Below the pieces are notes generated by a model, which saw only the letters and a program-made list of their open reading frames with translations, had not been told where the DNA came from and did not search any database. A stretch of DNA of 64,000 nucleotides, taken from the NCBI GenBank assembly GCA_035514295.1, contig DATKBB010000021.1:10460-74459 (forward strand). Reading direction: 5' to 3'. The DNA is from Candidatus Limnocylindria bacterium (GTDB lineage: Bacteria; Chloroflexota; Limnocylindria; Limnocylindrales; CSP1-4). Position 1 is the stretch's first letter; every line of letters begins with the position of its first letter. The translations under genes were made by a program, and so were the position numbers. Shown here in pieces: positions 1 to 8,047 of the stretch.

Positions 1-389
1 AGTCCGCGCGCGTTCAGCTCGAACCAGCGCAGGTGGGGCTCGGCCGACGTCCAGCGGAAGCTGTCGTCGTCGAGTCGGGCGATCGTGCCGTCGTCGACGA
101 CCTTGCCGTGCTCGTCGCACCAGGGCGTGTAGATCACCTGGCCGGGCCTGATCTTCGTGGCGTCGCGGGTAATGATCCGGTCGATGAGGCGAACGGCGTC
201 GCGGCCGCGCACGATGTACTTGTAGAGCGGCGAGACGTCGATCAGCGCGGCGGCGTGGCGGATCGCCGTGTACTCGGCCAGCTGGTGATCGTCGTAGGCG
301 CTGGCGGCCAGGTAGCCCGACCACTCGCGCCAGTTCTGCTTGCGATTGTGGGCCGCGGTGCGCTCGTGAAGCGCCGTCCCGACGCTCAC
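1..389 (-). CDS. aminomethyltransferase (GcvT-type, folate-dependent), N-terminal part; rest of gene lies beyond window start
   Basis: Absent from the ORF track because it runs off the window. Reverse translation from GTG at 389 gives VSVGTALHERTAAHNRKQNWREWSGYLAASAYDDHQLAEYTAIRHAAALIDVSPLYKYIVRGRDAVRLIDRIITRDATKIRPGQVIYTPWCDEHGKVVDDGTI..., a typical GcvT-family N-terminus. GTGA overlap with the stop of the upstream ORF at 386-389. Confidence 0.7.
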   Translation of the reverse strand, partial: MSVGTALHERTAAHNRKQNWREWSGYLAASAYDDHQLAEYTAIRHAAALIDVSPLYKYIVRGRDAVRLIDRIITRDATKIRPGQVIYTPWCDEHGKVVDDGTIARLDDDSFRWTSAEPHLRWFELNARG

Positions 390-712
390 AGGCGATCGAT
401 GATCTGCGTCCGTTTGGCTTCGTACTCCTCGGGCGAGATGAGGCCGTTGTCGCGCAGCCTCTTCAGCTCGGCCAGCGCCGACTCGGCCGACGCTGCCTGG
501 GCGGCGCCGCCCGGCTTTCGCCGAGCCGAGTAACGGTTGTAGCCAAAGCCGACCTTGATCAACAGGAACGTCACAAGTAGGACCGCGGCCGTCCACAGGC
601 TGGCATAGACCACCGCCGCGGGGAACGGATTGTTGACCACCAGCACCCACCAACCGCCGACGATGGCGACGACGGCCACCATGAAAAGCAGGATCCGCGT
701 CGACGCGTGCAT
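386..712 (-). CDS. SHOCT-domain membrane protein
   Basis: Two hydrophobic helices, then the C-terminal LAELKRLRDNGLISPEEYEAKRTQIIDRL, the SHOCT short C-terminal motif. ATG at 712 directly abuts the stop of the upstream gene (713). Confidence 0.7.
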   Translation of the reverse strand: MHASTRILLFMVAVVAIVGGWWVLVVNNPFPAAVVYASLWTAAVLLVTFLLIKVGFGYNRYSARRKPGGAAQAASAESALAELKRLRDNGLISPEEYEAKRTQIIDRL

Positions 713-1129
713 CTACGTATTCTCACCCATATCTGCTCCCCAGCTCGGCGGCGGCTCGCGCCTGCCCGCTATCCGATTCCAGGCGTCCCACTCGTCGACG
801 ACCAGGCCGTCGCCATCGAAGCGCAGGACGCTCACGCCGGCGTAGGTCATCTGCGCGCCGTCCTCGCGGAACGACGCCCGCCACTGGACGGCCGCTCGGT
901 CACCGTCGACGATCGGCTGGCCGAAGCGAGCTTTCACGTCGGCCTCCTCGGCGAAGACCGGCGTAAGGTAGGCGAGGGCTCCCGCCGGCCCCAGGTAGGG
1001 GTCCCTGAAGGGCTCGGTGGAGTAGACGGCCGAGGGTGCATACAGCGCCGCGACCGGCTCGGCCTCGCCGGCCTCCCACGACCGTTGCCACGTGTCCGCC
1101 CAGCGCCGCGCAGCAGTTCGAGTGTCCAC
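713..1129 (-). CDS. NTF2-like (SnoaL-like) family protein
   Basis: 138 aa. The pattern W..W....D...l..LYa.davy...pf......G..a...yl...f and a C-terminal ...vvdeWdaW is typical of SnoaL/NTF2-like folds. GTG start at 1129. Confidence 0.55.
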   Translation of the reverse strand: MDTRTAARRWADTWQRSWEAGEAEPVAALYAPSAVYSTEPFRDPYLGPAGALAYLTPVFAEEADVKARFGQPIVDGDRAAVQWRASFREDGAQMTYAGVSVLRFDGDGLVVDEWDAWNRIAGRREPPPSWGADMGENT

Positions 1130-1138
1130 GGAGCCATT

Positions 1139-1417
1139 CTACGGACGCCGGGCGCGCGGGTCGCTCACCTGACGCAATGGTGTCCACCGGCATGAGTCAA
1201 CAAGGCTCACACGATCGGTGCCAGGGGCCCGGAAAGAAATGAGCGCAGCCTGGTGCAGCGTTTCCTCGACCGGCTGGAAGTCAATGAGTGGCAGGAAGGC
1301 GTCAATCAGCCGCTCGACGGCCGCCCATCCTAGCCGGCGACCGATCAGCCCGGCCGAGCCCTTGCTTCTTCCCCGAACCTGCGCAACAAGGTACGCCATG
1401 ACCGGCACGGCAATCAC
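1139..1417 (-). CDS. hypothetical protein (92 aa)
   Basis: Its GTG at 1417 overlaps the MFS stop (GTGA, 1414-1417) and it ends 10 nt before the next gene, so it fits the operon packing. No family recognised. Confidence 0.4.
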   Translation of the reverse strand: MIAVPVMAYLVAQVRGRSKGSAGLIGRRLGWAAVERLIDAFLPLIDFQPVEETLHQAALISFRAPGTDRVSLVDSCRWTPLRQVSDPRARRP

Positions 1418-2622
1418 AGCGGCACAGTAGGCGGTACGCGAAGGTGTGAGCGGCGGAGTGACGGATCGGCCAGGGTCAGCATGCCGGCGATCGCCACGCC
1501 GCCCAGGCCCACGATGAGCGCTGCCTCAAAGCCGAACCTTTCTACGATGGGCGCGCCACCAATCGCACCCAGTGCGTTCGCGCCGCCGCTTATCACCGAG
1601 AAAAGCGCGAAGGCGCTGCCCCGGTCGGCGGTCGAGCTGCGCACGGTTAGCTCGAGCAGCATCGGTGACAGGATCAGTCCCGCCGACAGACCGGCCAAAA
1701 GCCCACCACCTACCAAAGTAGCGACTGTCGGTGTGAGCAGCAGCAATGCGATCGAGCCGACGCTGACGAGGAGCCCGGCGCCGACTAGCAGCCGCGCCTC
1801 GTGGCGATCGGCCAGCCAGCCGGTCGGGATGCGGGAGATGAGCACCGAGGCGCCGTAGCCAATGAAGAAGAAAGCCGAGCTTGTGCCAGCAAGCTCCGCT
1901 CTTGGCGGCAGATAGGTCAGCACGACACCCCAGTACGCAACGGCAAAGAGGGTGATCGCCAGCGGCACGGCCCACGCGCGCCGGAAGGCCAGACCCCACT
2001 GACGGCGGGCGGGCGACGCGATCACCATCGACGAGGAGCCGGCGCGCCCGGAGGCGAGAGTCGGCCGCGGTAGCCGGTTGGCGAGTAGCGCACCCAATAG
2101 GATCACGAGCGCAGCCGAGACGGCCACTCCGCGGAAGGAGCTCACCTCGAGGATGAACAACGAGGCCGCCGGGAGAACGGCCAAGGTCAGGTTCTGGGCG
2201 AGAAGCACGACCGACAACCAGAAGCCGCGCTGCGCCGCGTCGACGACCAAAGGCACCAACGTCAGAACGGCCGGAACGACGACCGCGAAGCCGATGCCTT
2301 GGAGCACTCGCGCAGTGAACAGGCCCAAGATCGGCTCGCTCGGGTCGAGCTCCGAGATGCCCAGCAGGAGTGTCGCAAGCAGGTAAGCCGCGACACCGAC
2401 GAGGAGCAGTCGGTAGGGCCCTGCACGGTCGATCAGTGCGCCAATCACCGGCGCGGCAAACATTTGGACCGTGAAGGCGGTCCCCACGATTAAGCCGATC
2501 TGGCCGTTGCTGTACGCCGCCGCGGCCAGCGCCACCGGCAGCGCGCCGGTGAAGCCGTGGAACCCGGCCTGGATTGCGAAGACAGCCGGTAGGAGCCTGA
2601 GCAGCGATCGGCTGTCGCTCAC
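1414..2622 (-). CDS. MFS transporter
   Basis: 402 aa, about 12 hydrophobic segments, Gly/Ala/Leu-rich. GTG start overlaps the stop of the upstream aldehyde dehydrogenase (GTGA, 2619-2622). Confidence 0.85.
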   Translation of the reverse strand: MSDSRSLLRLLPAVFAIQAGFHGFTGALPVALAAAAYSNGQIGLIVGTAFTVQMFAAPVIGALIDRAGPYRLLLVGVAAYLLATLLLGISELDPSEPILGLFTARVLQGIGFAVVVPAVLTLVPLVVDAAQRGFWLSVVLLAQNLTLAVLPAASLFILEVSSFRGVAVSAALVILLGALLANRLPRPTLASGRAGSSSMVIASPARRQWGLAFRRAWAVPLAITLFAVAYWGVVLTYLPPRAELAGTSSAFFFIGYGASVLISRIPTGWLADRHEARLLVGAGLLVSVGSIALLLLTPTVATLVGGGLLAGLSAGLILSPMLLELTVRSSTADRGSAFALFSVISGGANALGAIGGAPIVERFGFEAALIVGLGGVAIAGMLTLADPSLRRSHLRVPPTVPL

Positions 2623-4004
2623 CCTCGTCCGTGGATGAGCATCGTCCGAGTCCTGGTGTAGAACTCGCGCGCCGCGCGGCCCTGCTCACGTGGCCCGTAG
2701 CCCGACGCCTTGTCGCCACCGAATGGCGTGTAGTGCTCAACGCCGGTGGTTGGCGCGTTGACCCGCTGGATACCGGCGTCAAGCCGCTCGGCGAGCTGGC
2801 GGGCACGCTCAATGTCGGTCGAGAAGACACTCCCCGCAAGGCCGAAGCGGGTCGAGTTGGCCGCAGCAAGCGCCTGCTCGTCCGAGTCGGCGACCAGTAC
2901 CGCGACTGCCGGTCCGAAGGTCTCCTCCTGGGTGAACCGGTCGGAGGGGTCATCGACCTCGAGGATGGCCGGCTCGATGAACCAGCCCTCGCCGTCGGGG
3001 CGGTTGCCGCCGCTGAGCAGCCGCGCGCCGCGCGAGCGCGCGTCGGCGATCGCCTCTTCAACCATCGTGCGAGCGCCCTCGTTGATCAGCGGCCCGAGGT
3101 CCGCCGTCTCGTCGTCAGGCATCCCCACGCGCACCGCCCGGACGGCGTCGACGAGCAGCGGTACGAACGCCGGCGCGATGGCCGACGAGACGATCACCCG
3201 CCGCGTGGCGGTGCATTTCTGGCCGGCGAACTCCATCGCAGCCTTGGCGATAGTCGTCGCGGCGTGCAGCTGGTCGGCGTCGTCCAGCACGATCGAGGGG
3301 TTCTGGCCGCCCATCTCCGCCTGCACCGGCGCGCCGCGTGAGGCCACGCGACTGACTATCGCGCTGCCAACCGGCACCGAGCCCGTGAACGTGACCGCCG
3401 CGATGCGCGGGTCGTCCAGAATCGGATCGAGCGCGTCGGGCGCAGCCGGCACCAGCTCGAGCACGCCCGGCGGCAGCACCTCGCCGGCGGCCTCGGCCAG
3501 CAGATGGCCGATCGCCAGCGCGCTCGACGAGGGCTTGAACAGAACCGTGTTGCCGTAGGCCAACGCGGGCGCAATCTTCCAAGCCGGGATGGCCACGGGG
3601 AAGTTCCACGGGCAGATGGCGGCGACCACGCCAAGCGGCCGGCGGTGTACGCGCAGCTCGACATCGCGGCCGGCGCTCGGGAAGATCTCGCCGATCGGGT
3701 CGAAAGGGGCCTGCGCGTAGTAGCGCACGATGGCGACCGCCCGGCCAACCTCGGCGCGGCTCTCGCGCGGCGGCTTGCCCACCTCGCGAATGAGCAACCC
3801 AACCAGCTGCGGCGCGCGCCGGGCGATCGCCTCGGCCCAGCCGTGGAGTGCGGTCGCGCGGACCGCCGCGTCGGCGGCCCAGCCCGGGCCTGCTTCTTGG
3901 GCGGCGGCAATGCGCGCCACCACGGCGGCCCTGTCGAGCAGGCCGAACGTGCCAACGATTCGCTCCGGCCGAGCCGGCTCGCGCACGACGACGAGATCGG
4001 CCAC
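2619..4004 (-). CDS. aldehyde dehydrogenase family protein
   Basis: ALDH hallmarks PWNFP, FTGS...G, catalytic EMGGQNP and GQKCTA. GTG at 4004 is preceded by GAGAGGAAGG. Confidence 0.9.
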   Translation of the reverse strand: MADLVVVREPARPERIVGTFGLLDRAAVVARIAAAQEAGPGWAADAAVRATALHGWAEAIARRAPQLVGLLIREVGKPPRESRAEVGRAVAIVRYYAQAPFDPIGEIFPSAGRDVELRVHRRPLGVVAAICPWNFPVAIPAWKIAPALAYGNTVLFKPSSSALAIGHLLAEAAGEVLPPGVLELVPAAPDALDPILDDPRIAAVTFTGSVPVGSAIVSRVASRGAPVQAEMGGQNPSIVLDDADQLHAATTIAKAAMEFAGQKCTATRRVIVSSAIAPAFVPLLVDAVRAVRVGMPDDETADLGPLINEGARTMVEEAIADARSRGARLLSGGNRPDGEGWFIEPAILEVDDPSDRFTQEETFGPAVAVLVADSDEQALAAANSTRFGLAGSVFSTDIERARQLAERLDAGIQRVNAPTTGVEHYTPFGGDKASGYGPREQGRAAREFYTRTRTMLIHGRG

Positions 4005-4017
4005 GGCTGCCTTCCTC

Positions 4018-5376
4018 TCAGGCGGTGCGAGTGGAGGGATCAGCGGGGCGACGCGTGTGCCAGTCAGTCGCCTGCTCGTACGAGCGGGCGACCGTCAACA
4101 CCAGCGCATCGGCGCCGTAGGCACCGGCGACCTGCATGCCGATCGGCATGCCCGCGCCGTCGAAGCCGGCGGGCACGGACACGGCCGCGCCGCCGACGAT
4201 GTTGTGGATGCCGGTGAAGGGCGTCCGATGAGGAGGGTTGCGCTCGAAGTCGACCTTTTTCGGCGCGACCTGGAGGACGACCGGCGAGACCAGCACGTCG
4301 ACCGACCGATATAGCTCATCGAGCTGCGCAATGACCACGTCGCGCATGCGCAGGGCGTTGACGTAGTCGACGCCAGTGTACGCCAGGCCGGCCGACAGCC
4401 GCTCGCGTGCGCTGACGCCGAACTCGTCCGGCCGGTCGGCCAATGCGGGCAGATGGTTGGCCAGGCCCTCCGAGCCGATGATCGCCAGCAGCGTCGCCTC
4501 GGTCAGTGCCAGCTCGGGCAGCTCGACGGCCTGTAGCCTGGCGCCAAGGCTGCGCAGCACCGACGTGGCTTCGTCAAAGGCGCGGCCGATCGCCGGCTCC
4601 ATGTCGGTGCTGTCGATCAGGGCCTGGGGCGCGCCGATGCGCAGCCCGGCGATCGAATCGCCCAGCTCGACCGAGCTGCCGCTGGCGCCGGCGAGCAGCG
4701 CCGCAACGTCGTCCGCTGTCCGGCCCAGCGGACCGACGTGGTCAAGCGTCCACGACAGGGCCAGCACCCCACGCCGGCTGATCAGGTCGTAGGTCGGCTT
4801 CATGCCTACGACGCCGCAGTACGACGCCGGGCCGCGGATCGAGCCGCCCGTGTCCGTGCCATAGCTGCCGGCACACAGGCCGGTCAGCACCGCCACCGCC
4901 GAGCCGGAGCTCGAGCCGCCGGGAATGCGCTCGAGGTCCCACGGGTTGCGCGCCGGGACGGGCCATTCACCCGGCATCGGCAGGCCCATGCCCAGCTCGT
5001 AGAGGTTGTTCTTGCCGATGATCACCGCGCCGCCGGCGCGCAACTGGGCGACGATGTCGCTGTCGGCCGTGGCGATCACGTCGCGGTGATGCAGCGAGCC
5101 GCCGGTCGTCGCGACCCCTGCGACATCGATCAGGTCCTTGAGCGCAATCGGTATCCCGTCGAGTGGCCCGCGCCGACGGCCGGCGAAAAGCTCCTGCTCG
5201 GCACGCCGAGCCTCGTCGAGTGCCGAGTCGGCCAGCACGCTGATGTAGCTGAGCAGCTCCCCGTCCAGAGCGGCGATGCGATCGAGGGTCGCCTGCGTCA
5301 CCTCGACCGGCGACGCGCGCCGCTCATCGTATGCAGCCGACAGCCAGCCGATCGACCGCTGGGTCAGCTCGCTCAT
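4018..5376 (-). CDS. amidase (amidase-signature family, GatA/AtzE-like)
   Basis: AS-signature GGSSSGSAVAV...GTDTGGSIRGPAS. The first 117 aa of track ORF 4018..5727 are Arg-rich read-through. ATG at 5376 (MSELTQRSIGW...) overlaps the stop of the small upstream ORF (ATGA). Confidence 0.9.
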   Translation of the reverse strand: MSELTQRSIGWLSAAYDERRASPVEVTQATLDRIAALDGELLSYISVLADSALDEARRAEQELFAGRRRGPLDGIPIALKDLIDVAGVATTGGSLHHRDVIATADSDIVAQLRAGGAVIIGKNNLYELGMGLPMPGEWPVPARNPWDLERIPGGSSSGSAVAVLTGLCAGSYGTDTGGSIRGPASYCGVVGMKPTYDLISRRGVLALSWTLDHVGPLGRTADDVAALLAGASGSSVELGDSIAGLRIGAPQALIDSTDMEPAIGRAFDEATSVLRSLGARLQAVELPELALTEATLLAIIGSEGLANHLPALADRPDEFGVSARERLSAGLAYTGVDYVNALRMRDVVIAQLDELYRSVDVLVSPVVLQVAPKKVDFERNPPHRTPFTGIHNIVGGAAVSVPAGFDGAGMPIGMQVAGAYGADALVLTVARSYEQATDWHTRRPADPSTRTA

Positions 5377-5621
5377 CTCGAGCGCGAAGGAGTGGCGCGT
5401 GGGGGGATGGCCCGCAAGGGCTGGCCGCTCACCTCGCGCGCCAGCGTGGCCGTCGTTTGTTGGCTGCGTGCGACGAACGTGCCCACCTTGTCCCAATCGG
5501 TGTGCTCGGTGCGCATGCCGTAGACGGCCGCGCGAACAAGCACACGTTTGGTGATCGCAGCGGGGTCGGCCTCCGGAGGCGTGGCCGGCGTACTGGGCGG
5601 TGATGAGTTGCGCTCGGCCAT
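5373..5621 (-). CDS. small AtzG-like / DUF4089-like protein (putative amidase partner subunit)
   Basis: 82-aa ORF. Its ATG shares one base with the ALDH stop (TGATG at 5619-5623) and its TGA overlaps the amidase ATG (ATGA at 5373-5376). Core AAITKRVLVRAAVYGMRTEHTDWDKVGTFVARSQQTTATLAREV fits the helical pattern of GatC/AtzG-like partners. Confidence 0.5.
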   Translation of the reverse strand: MAERNSSPPSTPATPPEADPAAITKRVLVRAAVYGMRTEHTDWDKVGTFVARSQQTTATLAREVSGQPLRAIPPRATPSRSR

Positions 5622-7114
5622 CAGGCAAGTGCTGCGACGGTCTTGCGACGGGTGAAGAAGTCGACCGCGCCCGGCCCCTGCTCGCGGATGCCGTAACCCG
5701 ACGCCTTGGTGCCGCCGAATGGCGCATGGGCCTCCCAGCCGGCGCTGGTCACGTTGACTCCGGCACAGCCCACGTCGGCGCGGCGGACAAACTCGCCGGC
5801 CAGCTCCAGGCTGGCCGTGTGGATGACCGCAGCCAGGCCGTACGGCGTGCCATTGGTGATCGCGAGCGCCTGCTGAAACGTGTCACAGGCGAGCACGGCG
5901 AGCACCGGCCCGAAGATCTCCTCCTGTGCGACCGCCATGGCCGGCTCGACGTCGGCGAAGATCGTCGGCTCGAAGAAGTAACCCTCCTCGAAGCCCGGCG
6001 GGTTGCCGCGCGAGCCGCCGAACAGCAGCCGGGCGCCGTCGCGCAGCGCACGCTCGACGTAGTGTTCGCTCTTGGCCAGCGCGGCCTCATCGACGAGCGG
6101 GCCCATGAAGGTGTCCTCGGCGAGGGGGTCACCGACCTGGACTGACGTGGCCGCCTCGACCAGCGCCTCGGTGAAGCGGGGCAGGATGTGCCGCTGGACG
6201 ATGACCCGGCTGGTCGAGGTGCACTTCTGGCCGGCGGAGCGATAAGCGCCGTCGACGATCAGCGCGACGGCCCGCGCAAGGTTGGCGTCGTCCCAGACGA
6301 CGACCGCGTTCTTGCCGCCCATCTCGGCCTGGACGCCGGCACCGCGCGCACTGGCCGCCGCGACCGTCCGCCAGCCGACCTCGGTTGAGCCAGTGAAAGA
6401 GATCGCGGCCACCCGCCGGTCGGCGACGAGCGCCTGCCCGACTGCCTCGCCGTCGCCGGTCACGAGGTTGACCGCGCCCTCGGGCACGCCCGCCTCTAAC
6501 AGCAGCTCGACGATGCGTGCCGCCACTGCCGGTGCGCGCGACGCTGGCTTGAGCACGGCGCTGTTGCCGCAGGCCAGCGCCGCAGACAGCTTCTTGGTCG
6601 GGATCGAGATCGGGAAGTTCCACGGCGTGATCAAGCCAAGGACGCCGAGCGGCTCGCGCAGGGTTAGCAGGCTGACCCTGTCGCGAACCGAGCCGCCCAC
6701 CTCGCCGCCAAGGCGCGTGGCTTCGCCACCGAAGTACTCCAGGAAGGCGATCGCGGCACCAACCTCACCGCGTGCCTCGCCGATCGGCTTACCCATCTCG
6801 CGGCTGGCAAGCTGCGCGATCGACTCGGCCTGCTCGCGCATCAGCCGCCCGGCGGCGAAGAGGATCTCGGCGCGCCGCATGGGTGAGACGGCGGCCCAGT
6901 TGGGAGCGGCCTCGGCTGCGGCGGCAACCGCCGCCTCGACCTCGTCAGACCCGCATGCCGCGACCATGGCGACGAGCTCGCTCGGGCGAGCCGGGTTGAC
7001 GTCGTCGAAGGTGCCGCCAGAGCCACGTTCGCTGGTCGAGCCACCGATCCTGCTCGCGACTTTGAGGGGCTCGGCGTTGGCGGCAGGCTCGCGGGCGGCG
7101 ACGGGAGTGGTCAC
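5621..7114 (-). CDS. aldehyde dehydrogenase family protein
   Basis: PWNFP, FTGSTEVG, EMGGKNA and GQKCTS motifs. No ATG lies near the conserved N-terminus. GTG at 7114 (VTTPVAAREP...) overlaps the IclR stop (GTGA, 7111-7114) and gives about 497 aa, a typical ALDH length. Confidence 0.9.
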   Translation of the reverse strand: MTTPVAAREPAANAEPLKVASRIGGSTSERGSGGTFDDVNPARPSELVAMVAACGSDEVEAAVAAAAEAAPNWAAVSPMRRAEILFAAGRLMREQAESIAQLASREMGKPIGEARGEVGAAIAFLEYFGGEATRLGGEVGGSVRDRVSLLTLREPLGVLGLITPWNFPISIPTKKLSAALACGNSAVLKPASRAPAVAARIVELLLEAGVPEGAVNLVTGDGEAVGQALVADRRVAAISFTGSTEVGWRTVAAASARGAGVQAEMGGKNAVVVWDDANLARAVALIVDGAYRSAGQKCTSTSRVIVQRHILPRFTEALVEAATSVQVGDPLAEDTFMGPLVDEAALAKSEHYVERALRDGARLLFGGSRGNPPGFEEGYFFEPTIFADVEPAMAVAQEEIFGPVLAVLACDTFQQALAITNGTPYGLAAVIHTASLELAGEFVRRADVGCAGVNVTSAGWEAHAPFGGTKASGYGIREQGPGAVDFFTRRKTVAALA

Positions 7115-7989
7115 AGTGATTCCTTCTCTGCCTCCTCGGCTGTCCCGGGCTGGTGGGCCACGACGCGCTCGCGCAGGCGGATCAGCGCCTCCACGATGCG
7201 GTCCTCTTCGGCGCGGGTGTGGCCGGTGGCGGTCAGGGTGGTGCTCGCGGCGTAGCACAGTCCGGTGACCTGGAATAGCGCCACGCCGTAGCAACGCAGG
7301 CCGAGCCCGCTCTCCTCATCGTCGACGGCGAGGCCGTCGCGGGCGCGCACCTGCTGCAGTTCGGCCATCAGGCCCTGCAGCGTGCGGATACTGCGATGGG
7401 TCATCACGGGAAGCGTGCGCACCCCCCGGTAGCGGTGGTTGATCTCCTCGTCGGCGAGCATCGACAGGGCGGCCTTGCCCATTGCTGTCGTCGAGGCCGG
7501 TATGCGGGTGCCCACGCGTGAGGCGAGCTGGATCGTGCGCGTCCCGTCGAGCCGCGCGACGTAGACCACGTTCGTCCCCTCGAGTCGGCCGAGCTGGACG
7601 GTCTCGCCGGTCTCGGCGATGAACTGACGGGCAGCATCGATGAACAGCTCGTTGAGCGCGTCGCCTTCCAGGAAACGGACGGCCAGCTCGACAACGGCGC
7701 TGCCCAGCACGTACTCGCGCGTGGTGGTCAGTCGGTAGGCCAGCCCCGCCGCGGCGAGAGTGGACATCAGGCTGTGCGCCGAGCTCTTGGGTATGCCCGC
7801 CAGGCGGGCGAGCTCAGATACGCCCAGCGGCCGGCGGTGTCGGCTCAGGATGTCGAGCAGGGCGACGGCCTTGAGCACCGCCGGGCTACGCTCGCTGCCC
7901 GATCGGTGGCCATCGGTGGCGTCGTCGTCTTCGACGGCCGGGGCGAGCAACTCCGTGACCTGCAAGTCCGTGACCTGGTGATCGGTCAT
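7111..7989 (-). CDS. IclR family transcriptional regulator
   Basis: N-terminal wHTH (LKAVALLDILSRHRRPLGVSELARLAGIPKSSAHSLMSTL) plus a C-terminal IclR effector domain. ATG at 7989 (a TTG at 7995 is also possible). Confidence 0.85.
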   Translation of the reverse strand: MTDHQVTDLQVTELLAPAVEDDDATDGHRSGSERSPAVLKAVALLDILSRHRRPLGVSELARLAGIPKSSAHSLMSTLAAAGLAYRLTTTREYVLGSAVVELAVRFLEGDALNELFIDAARQFIAETGETVQLGRLEGTNVVYVARLDGTRTIQLASRVGTRIPASTTAMGKAALSMLADEEINHRYRGVRTLPVMTHRSIRTLQGLMAELQQVRARDGLAVDDEESGLGLRCYGVALFQVTGLCYAASTTLTATGHTRAEEDRIVEALIRLRERVVAHQPGTAEEAEKESL

Positions 7990-8007
7990 TGTCAAAAGTC
8001 CCCAATC

Positions 8008-8025
8008 CGTTCCCTATGTTGAACG
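8008..8025. promoter_or_regulatory. candidate operator CGTTC-N8-GAACG upstream of the iclR operon
   Basis: cgttccctatgttgaacg lies about 20 bp upstream of the iclR start. The same half-sites and spacing recur at 9408-9425. Confidence 0.3.
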
Positions 8026-8047
8026 TTATTACCGAATATCGAATCAG

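Noticed and set aside
1526-3061. 511-aa ORF on the minus strand (similar long ORFs at 18236..19285, 38908..40884, 44270..45589, 52543..54066, 60150..61931 and 62693..63832)
   Set aside because: The products are Arg/Ala/Pro/Gly-rich low-complexity 'shadow' translations typical of wrong frames in GC-rich DNA. Each overlaps a gene with clear family motifs in another frame or on the other strand.
4018-5727. Long N-terminal extensions in the track (amidase from 5727; also 9198, 12350, 15539, 16812, 20151, 21836, 28293, 37455, 46025, 51109, 51977, 55073)
   Set aside because: The extensions are Arg-rich junk that overlaps the upstream gene. Conserved N-termini, RBS-like purine boxes and 1- or 4-nt start/stop overlaps identify internal starts.
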